Source of the DNA: Candidatus Omnitrophota bacterium
GTDB taxonomy: Bacteria; Omnitrophota; Gorgyraeia; Gygaellales; Profunditerraquicolaceae
Direction of reading: 5' to 3'
Assembly (NCBI GenBank): GCA_026387335.1
Contig: JAPLLX010000001.1
Span: 170,620 to 234,619, forward strand
DNA length: 64,000 bases
Every line of letters begins with the position of its first letter. Within the stretch, counting starts at the first letter, position 1. The notes below the pieces were generated by a model, which made no database searches, was not told where the DNA came from, and saw only the letters and a list, made by a program, of their open reading frames with translations. This document shows, piece by piece, positions 57,852-64,000 of this stretch. A program made the translations under genes and the position numbers.

Positions 57852-58443
57852 AGCGCTAAAGCGGTATGGAATAGTTTTGTTTATTTTAAGCTTAGGCTGC
57901 GTAATTTCCGGCTACGCCAAGGAGGTGGGTCACATGAAAAAAGCGGTCATGATTATTGCCCACGACGGTTTTCGCGACGAGGAGTTACTGGATACTAAAG
58001 CAGTTTTAGAAAAAAATGGCGTAGAAGTCCAGGTCGCTTCAACCGCACTTGGCTTGGCCAGGGGTAAACTGGGGGCGCAGGTGAGCCCCGATATGCTATT
58101 TAACGCTATAAAGGTAAAAGATTTTGACGCCATTATATTTGTAGGCGGCCCGGGCGCGCTGGATTATTGGAATAACGCTTTAGCGCATAAACTGCTTAAG
58201 GAGTCTGTTTCTTTAGGCAAAGTCACTGCCGGGATTTGCAGCGCGGTCGTTACCTTGGCCAAGTCAGGAATACTTAAAGAAAAGCGGGCAACGGTTTTTC
58301 CCGGGGATTTTCAGGAGCTAATTGATAATGGAGCAAAATATACCGCCAGCCACGTAGAGATAGATGGCGATATTATAACGGCTGACGGGCCTTATGCCGC
58401 TAAAGATTTTGGAGAGGCAATTGTTAAGGCGTTAAAAAAATGA
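57844..58443 (+). CDS. DJ-1/PfpI family protein (alternative start 57934)
   Basis: GFRDEE, FVGGPG, GICSA (nucleophile Cys), IITADGP. Confidence 0.88.
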   Translation: MVKALKRYGIVLFILSLGCVISGYAKEVGHMKKAVMIIAHDGFRDEELLDTKAVLEKNGVEVQVASTALGLARGKLGAQVSPDMLFNAIKVKDFDAIIFVGGPGALDYWNNALAHKLLKESVSLGKVTAGICSAVVTLAKSGILKEKRATVFPGDFQELIDNGAKYTASHVEIDGDIITADGPYAAKDFGEAIVKALKK

Positions 58444-58447
58444 CAAT

Positions 58448-58522
58448 AGGGACGGTTCTCAACTCAAAGCTAAAGTGTCCCCTAACAGGGGACACTTTGA
58501 GATTGGCTTGAGAACCGTCCCT
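58448..58522. repeat. Nested REP-like palindrome (GGGACGGTTCT / GGGGACACTTT types)
   Basis: Outer IR AGGGACGGTTCTCAA / TTGAGAACCGTCCCT; inner IR AAAGTGTCCCCT-aac-AGGGGACACTTT. Confidence 0.85.
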
Positions 58523-58541
58523 GACTGACGAGGAGAATAAA

Positions 58542-58892
58542 ATGTTAAGGACAGTTTTAAAATCTAAAATTCACCGGGCTATAGTCACTGAAGCAAATCT
58601 TTATTATGAGGGCAGCATCACTATTGATAGCAAGTTAATGCGGGCGGCGGATATTCTGGAGCATGAAAAGGTCGAGGTTTTAAATCTGAATAATGGCCAG
58701 CGCCTGGAAACTTACGCTATTAAAGGAAAACCGGGAAGCGGAGTAGTCTGCCTTAATGGTCCTGCAGCCCGCGGAGCCTGCAGCGGCGATACAGTGGTTA
58801 TACTTACTTATGTCAGCGCTGAAGATAAAGAAGCAATAAAAATAAAACCCAAAATAATTAAAGTAGATGAAAAAAACCGGATTAAGAGTTAG
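58542..58892 (+). CDS. panD: Aspartate 1-decarboxylase
   Basis: [30 protein letters not shown]. Confidence 0.95.
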   Translation: MLRTVLKSKIHRAIVTEANLYYEGSITIDSKLMRAADILEHEKVEVLNLNNGQRLETYAIKGKPGSGVVCLNGPAARGACSGDTVVILTYVSAEDKEAIKIKPKIIKVDEKNRIKS

Positions 58893-59415
58893 AAAATTTG
58901 GAGATTTGGTTTTAAGAAAAAAGTCAGTTCCGGTAAAAAAGATCACCCCTGAGCATGGCGAGTTCTTAAGTAAAATGGCCCAGCTTATGTATGAGGATGA
59001 AGGCGTAGGGTTAGCCGCGCCTCAGGCAGGGTTAAATCAGGCCATGATTGTGGTGGATATAGGAAAAGGGCTGTATAAATTAATCAATCCCAAGATTACT
59101 AAACAGCAGGGTGCGCAGGTAAATAAAGAGGGTTGCCTAAGTGTCCCCGGGGTATGCATTAATGTAAGGCGCGCGAAGAGAATTAAATTAGAGGCTCTCG
59201 ATGAAAGCGGCCAGCCCTTAAATATTGAAGCTGAAGGGTTGCTCGCCTGCGTCTTTCAGCATGAAATTGACCACCTGCGCGGAAAACTTATCGTGGATTA
59301 CGCGTCATTATTAGAAAAGATTAAATTCGCTAAAATCCTTAAGGAATTAAAAAAGCACGCTAAAGATGAAAAGTTGCCTGAATCAAAAACAGAATCTTGC
59401 AGTCTGCAATTGTAG
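58867..59415 (+). CDS. def: Peptide deformylase
   Basis: [20 protein letters not shown]. Confidence 0.95.
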   Translation: MKKTGLRVRKFGDLVLRKKSVPVKKITPEHGEFLSKMAQLMYEDEGVGLAAPQAGLNQAMIVVDIGKGLYKLINPKITKQQGAQVNKEGCLSVPGVCINVRRAKRIKLEALDESGQPLNIEAEGLLACVFQHEIDHLRGKLIVDYASLLEKIKFAKILKELKKHAKDEKLPESKTESCSLQL

Positions 59416-59424
59416 TTCTTACCG

Positions 59425-60279
59425 ATGAATCGCCTACCTTCCTGGTTAAAACAGGATATTCCGGACGACTTTGCTCGCGCTACAGCCGATAATATCCGTA
59501 AGTTAAAGTTAGATACTGTCTGTCAGGAGGCAAGGTGTCCGAATATAAATGATTGTTTCAGCCGCAAGCATGTTACTTTTATGATCCTGGGAAAATCCTG
59601 CACCAGGAATTGCAAGTTCTGTAATATTTCCGGGGACACTTTACGCTTGTTTCCAGAACCGTCCCTAGATGAACCTAAACGAATCGCAGAAGCAGTAAAG
59701 GTTTTAGGATTAAAATATGTGGTAATAACTTCGGTAACCCGGGATGATTTAAGCGACGGAGGTTCTGGCCAATTTATTAAGACAATAGAGGCAATACGCG
59801 GATTAGACGGCGGTATCCGGATCGAAGTCTTAATCCCGGATTTTCTGGGGAAACTTGAAAGTTTAAATTCTATCGTTAAGGCCGCTCCGTTTGTTTTGGC
59901 CCATAATCTTGAGACAATCCGCAGATTATATAGTATAATAAGGCCCCAGGCAGATTATGCTCGTTCATTAATGCTGTTGAAAAAAGCAAAAGAAATTAAC
60001 TGTAATCTTACTACCAAGTCTTCGCTTATGCTTGGCTTGGGTGAGACAGAAGAGGAAGTAGTGGCTTCCTTAAAAGATTTGCGTAACTGCGGCTGCGCTA
60101 GCCTAACTTTAGGCCAGTACCTTGCGCCATCTGCTCAACATTACCCGGTAATAGAATTTGTTCCTCCGGAGCAATTCCGGAAATACGCGGATATTGCCAA
60201 AGGATTAGGCTTTCAGAATGTTTTATCCGCCCCGAAAGTGAGAAGTTCTTATCGGGCAGGAGAATTAAGCTATGCATGA
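59425..60279 (+). CDS. lipA: Lipoyl synthase
   Basis: CQEARCPNINDC, CTRNCKFC, TSVTRDDL, HNLET, GQYL, RSSY. Confidence 0.95.
   Translation: MNRLPSWLKQDIPDDFARATADNIRKLKLDTVCQEARCPNINDCFSRKHVTFMILGKSCTRNCKFCNISGDTLRLFPEPSLDEPKRIAEAVKVLGLKYVVITSVTRDDLSDGGSGQFIKTIEAIRGLDGGIRIEVLIPDFLGKLESLNSIVKAAPFVLAHNLETIRRLYSIIRPQADYARSLMLLKKAKEINCNLTTKSSLMLGLGETEEEVVASLKDLRNCGCASLTLGQYLAPSAQHYPVIEFVPPEQFRKYADIAKGLGFQNVLSAPKVRSSYRAGELSYA
59632..59666 (+). repeat. REP-derived segment in frame within lipA
   Basis: GGGGACACTTT-N12-AGAACCGTCCCT, same arms and spacing as 58488-58522. Confidence 0.7.
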
Positions 60280-61183
60280 TTTAATAATTATCGGAGCCGG
60301 CCCGGCAGGCCTGACCGCGGCTTTATATGCCGGAAGGTTTAAACTGGATACTCTGATCTTTGAGAAAATGTCGGCGGGTGGGCAAATCTTACTTTCTCCG
60401 ACCATCGAAAACTACCCCGGGTTTCCCGAGGGGATCTCTACTTTTAGCCTGGTGGATAAATTTAAAAAACAGGTGGAAGATTTAGGTTTACGGATAGAAG
60501 AAAAAGAGGTAGTAGAGATTATTCCTGAGGACAAGTTTTATCAGGTTAAAACAACAGACGGTATTTTCCAAACCAAGGCAATTGTCATCGCCAGCGGAGC
60601 GTGTTCTAAAAGATTGGATGTCAAAGGCGAAAATGAATTTATCGGCCGCGGTGTTTCTTACTGCGGGACTTGCGACGGGCCTCTTTTTAAGAATAAAGAT
60701 ATCGTGGTGGTTGGCGCCGGGGACCGGGCAGTTGAAGACGCTATTTTTCTGGCTAGTTACGCCAAATCCATACACCTGGTGCACCGCCGGTCAGAATTCC
60801 GGGCGGCAAAAATTTTAGTAGAGAGGCTTAAAGGAAATCCTAAAGTAAGATTTGTATTAGATAGCGTAGTGGAAGAGATTACCGGCAGTAATAAGGTAAA
60901 TGCGGTTAAGGTTAAAAATATTAAGACGCTTGAAGAGTCAGTGATCAACTGTGACGGAGTTTTTATATTCGTGGGCATAATCCCGGAAACCGGCTTTACA
61001 AAAAATATATTGGAAAAAGATGAATTAGGGTTTATAATTACAGCTTCAGAAATGCGCACTTCCCGGGAAGGTATATTTGCCTGCGGTGATTGCATAAGAA
61101 AAACTTTATACCAGGTCATCAATGCCTGCGGCGACGCCGCTACTGCCGTAGATTCAGCGCATAAGTACCTGTTAAAACTATGA
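60272..61183 (+). CDS. trxB: Thioredoxin-disulfide reductase
   Basis: GAGPAG, ENYPG, GVSYCGTCDG, HRR, GIFACGD. Confidence 0.93.
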   Translation: MHDLIIIGAGPAGLTAALYAGRFKLDTLIFEKMSAGGQILLSPTIENYPGFPEGISTFSLVDKFKKQVEDLGLRIEEKEVVEIIPEDKFYQVKTTDGIFQTKAIVIASGACSKRLDVKGENEFIGRGVSYCGTCDGPLFKNKDIVVVGAGDRAVEDAIFLASYAKSIHLVHRRSEFRAAKILVERLKGNPKVRFVLDSVVEEITGSNKVNAVKVKNIKTLEESVINCDGVFIFVGIIPETGFTKNILEKDELGFIITASEMRTSREGIFACGDCIRKTLYQVINACGDAATAVDSAHKYLLKL

Positions 61184-62970
61184 AAAAATTCCCCACACAT
61201 AATAAGAAACTAAGAGATTGGGTGGCCAAGATGGCCAAGCTTTGCCAGCCGCTGGATATTGTTTGGATTAATGGAACAGACGCCCAGAAGTTAATTTTAG
61301 AGAAAGAGGCTATTGAGTCAGGCGAGTTGATCCAATTGAATAAAGAGAAGCATCCTGACTCTTTCCTGCATCGCACAGCCATTGATGATGTTGCCCGCAC
61401 CGAGCATCTCACTTTTATCTGCACCAAAAAGAAAGCAGACGCCGGACCGAATAATAACTGGATGGCCCCAACTGCCGCCTATAGGAAGGCCAAGGCTATA
61501 TTTAAAGGCTCTATGCGGGGCAGGATAATGTATGTTATTCCTTTTTCTATGGGCCCGGTCGGTTCAAGGTTCTCTAAGATCGGGGTTGAACTTACGGATT
61601 CGCGTTATGTAGTCCTAAATATGCTCATTATGACCCGCGCCGGCGAGGCAGTTTTAAGGCAGTTGGAGAAGGAAGATAATTTTACCAAGTGTTTGCATTC
61701 TAAGGCCGAGTTGGATATTAATAAAAGGCTGATTTTACATTTTCCCGAAGATAATACTATTTGGAGTGTGGGTTCAGGTTACGGCGGAAATGTCCTCCTG
61801 GGGAAAAAATGTTTGTCTTTGCGTATCGCTAGTTTCCTGGCCCGGCGCGAGCACTGGCTGGCAGAACATATGCTGATCATGGGTATTGAAGAGCCCAACG
61901 GCCATATTGAATATATTGCCGCGGCTTTCCCCAGCGCTTGTGGCAAGACGAATTTAGCCATGCTTGTCCCTCCGGAAGGCCTGAAAGTGAAAGGCTACCG
62001 GATCTGGACAGTCGGAGACGATATTGCCTGGATGCGCGTGGATTCTGATGGCGCGCTTTGGGCGATCAATCCGGAGTCCGGGTTTTTTGGCGTCGCTCCC
62101 AACACAAATTCCGAAACTAACCCGAATATGGTCGCTACAATAAAGAAGGGGGCAATTTTTACCAATGTCCTGCTTAAACCGGATAAGACTGTCTGGTGGG
62201 AAGGCGCCGACGGCGAGATTCCGGCTAACGGTATTGACTGGCAGGGCCGGGCTTGGAAGCCGGGCTTGAAAGATGCTACTGGTAAGCCTATTCTGGGAGC
62301 GCATCCCAATAGCAGATTTACTGTTCCGATCATTAATTGTCCTTCAGCCTCGTTTCGCTTAGAGCAGCATCACGGGGTTCCCATATCCGCGATTATCTTT
62401 GGCGGCCGCAGGCAACAGGTGGCGCCGCTGGTTTATGAAACATTTAACTGGCAGCATGGCGTCTTTGCCGGGGCGACTATGGCCTCTGAACGCACAGCAG
62501 CTCAGGTGGGAGAACTGGGAGAGGTGCGTAGAGATCCCCTGGCCATGCTTCCGTTCTGCGGTTACAATATGGCGTATTATTTCAGGCATTGGCTGGATAT
62601 GGGTAAGCGTATGCCTAAGGCTCCGAAGATATTCCATGTCAATTGGTTTCGGACTGATGATAAAGGGAAATTTTTGTGGCCCGGTTTCACCGAGAATTTA
62701 AGGGTCCTGGAATGGATACTCGACCGTTGCAACAATAGAGTAGAGGCATTTAAAACTCCCATAGGCTATGTGCCGTATCCGGCGGATATTGATATGACCG
62801 GGCTTAATCTTTCAGGAGGGACGCTGGAAAAATTATTAGAAGTCCGTAAAACTGACTGGCTGGAAGAATTAAAAGGGATCAAAAAATTCTTTTCACAGTT
62901 CAAGCAGGATTTACCTGCGGAATTATGGCAGGAATACACCGCGCTGGCTAGCCGCCTTAAGACCTCATGA
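61180..62970 (+). CDS. pckG: Phosphoenolpyruvate carboxykinase (GTP)
   Basis: GSGYGGN, AFPSACGKTNLAM, GDDIAW, AHPNSRF, MLPFCGY. Confidence 0.95.
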   Translation: MKKFPTHNKKLRDWVAKMAKLCQPLDIVWINGTDAQKLILEKEAIESGELIQLNKEKHPDSFLHRTAIDDVARTEHLTFICTKKKADAGPNNNWMAPTAAYRKAKAIFKGSMRGRIMYVIPFSMGPVGSRFSKIGVELTDSRYVVLNMLIMTRAGEAVLRQLEKEDNFTKCLHSKAELDINKRLILHFPEDNTIWSVGSGYGGNVLLGKKCLSLRIASFLARREHWLAEHMLIMGIEEPNGHIEYIAAAFPSACGKTNLAMLVPPEGLKVKGYRIWTVGDDIAWMRVDSDGALWAINPESGFFGVAPNTNSETNPNMVATIKKGAIFTNVLLKPDKTVWWEGADGEIPANGIDWQGRAWKPGLKDATGKPILGAHPNSRFTVPIINCPSASFRLEQHHGVPISAIIFGGRRQQVAPLVYETFNWQHGVFAGATMASERTAAQVGELGEVRRDPLAMLPFCGYNMAYYFRHWLDMGKRMPKAPKIFHVNWFRTDDKGKFLWPGFTENLRVLEWILDRCNNRVEAFKTPIGYVPYPADIDMTGLNLSGGTLEKLLEVRKTDWLEELKGIKKFFSQFKQDLPAELWQEYTALASRLKTS

Positions 62971-63860
62971 CTAAAAATACGCTCTTAAATACTGATTTTA
63001 AGGATTTAAAGTTATTCCGCAAGGGTAAGGTCAGGGATGTTTATGATTTAGGCGATAAACTGTTGATTGTTTCAACAGACAGGATATCCTGTTTTGATGT
63101 GGTTTTGCCCTGCGCTATACCGCAAAAAGGAGAGGTTTTATCCAGCCTTTCCTGTTTCTGGTTTTCCTTCCTGAAAGATCTAATCCCCAATCATTTTATT
63201 ACTGCCGATATAAATGAATATCCTCAAGAACTAAAGAAATACAAAAGTGTATTAACCGGCCGCTCAATGCTGGTACTAAATTGCAAACCGCTTCCCGTAG
63301 AATGCATTGTCAGGGGTTATCTTTCGGGTTCCGGATGGAAGGAGTATCAAAAAGAGCAGGCGGTCTGCGGGATAAAGCTTCCGGCCGGGTTAAAAGAATC
63401 CGCTAAGCTTCCCCTTACGCTATTTACGCCTTCCACTAAAGCGGATGTAGGCCATGACCAGAATGTCAATCAGGGAGAGATAGAAAAGTTAATCGGCAAA
63501 GAAATAACCGCTAAAATATCTAAAGCCAGCCTAGACATTTATGAAAAAGCCAGCGCCTACGCTTTAAAGAGAGGCATAGTTATTGCCGATACAAAATTTG
63601 AATTTGGGTTCTCTAACGGTAAGGTTATTTTAATTGATGAAGTATTGACCCCGGATTCATCGCGTTTTTGGCCGTTGGATCAGTATAATGAGGGCCGGTC
63701 CCAGCCAAGTTTTGATAAGCAATTCGTCCGTGACTATCTGGAAACATTGGACTGGAATAAGACTCCTCCGGCCCCGGATTTACCCGCGGATATAATCGCT
63801 AAAACCACCCAGAAATACTTAGAGGTTTACCGGAAATTAACCGGTAATGAACTTAAATAA
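62967..63860 (+). CDS. purC: SAICAR synthetase
   Basis: GKVRDVY, DRIS.FD, ECIVRGY, TPSTK, ADTKFEFG, DEVLTPDSSRFW, DKQ. Confidence 0.96.
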   Translation: MTKNTLLNTDFKDLKLFRKGKVRDVYDLGDKLLIVSTDRISCFDVVLPCAIPQKGEVLSSLSCFWFSFLKDLIPNHFITADINEYPQELKKYKSVLTGRSMLVLNCKPLPVECIVRGYLSGSGWKEYQKEQAVCGIKLPAGLKESAKLPLTLFTPSTKADVGHDQNVNQGEIEKLIGKEITAKISKASLDIYEKASAYALKRGIVIADTKFEFGFSNGKVILIDEVLTPDSSRFWPLDQYNEGRSQPSFDKQFVRDYLETLDWNKTPPAPDLPADIIAKTTQKYLEVYRKLTGNELK

Positions 63861-64000
63861 TGAAAATCATTAAGAAAATATTTTCCATATTATTAAGAGT
63901 TGGGATAAGTATAATTTTGTTAGTCTTATTGTTCAGGCAGGCTGACGAGAAGAGCCTTTTAGCGGTTATTAAGGGTATTCATAAACCGCTTTTAGGTTTA
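63860..64000 (+). CDS. Membrane protein, possibly lysylphosphatidylglycerol-synthase/flippase-like (3'-truncated)
   Basis: MKIIKKIFSILLRVGISIILLVLLFRQADEKSLLAVIKG..., open to the window end. Confidence 0.5.
   Translation, partial: MKIIKKIFSILLRVGISIILLVLLFRQADEKSLLAVIKGIHKPLLGL

Overview
Bacterial chromosome window in which every credible gene lies on the + strand. Gene content and style suggest an anaerobic diderm, possibly Ca. Omnitrophota-like; this is inference only. About 1-40 kb is a large, AT-rich surface-glycan/LPS locus. It holds three B12-radical SAM enzymes, methyltransferases, polyprenol-phosphate GT2s paired with GT-C-like membrane proteins, WecG, a WcaJ-type priming transferase, two O-antigen ligases, a CDP-3,6-dideoxy/branched-sugar pathway (rfbF, rfbG-like, YerE-like ThDP enzyme, rfbH), manC, GT9s and gmhB. 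Two nucleotidyltransferase toxin-antitoxin-like pairs interrupt it. About 40-64 kb is mainly housekeeping (priA, fmt, two galT, gap, trxA, split pta, ackA, panD, def, lipA, trxB, pckG, purC). The standout region is 46.2-54.4 kb, punctuated by three copies of a long palindromic element. It encodes an ECF sigma factor, a soluble zinc-finger anti-sigma and a membrane-anchored CHAT (caspase-like) protease with external TPRs. These are followed by a c-di-GMP-I riboswitch controlling an unannotated 35-aa basic peptide, an orphan structured RNA, and a secreted beta-propeller/half-TolC-like protein. An identical bipartite motif (TTTTAAGTTAGATTT-N11-GCGTCTATT) precedes both the anti-sigma and the secreted-protein genes and is a candidate cognate ECF promoter. 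REP-like palindromes also sit in frame inside priA and lipA, and several enzymes have lost catalytic motifs.
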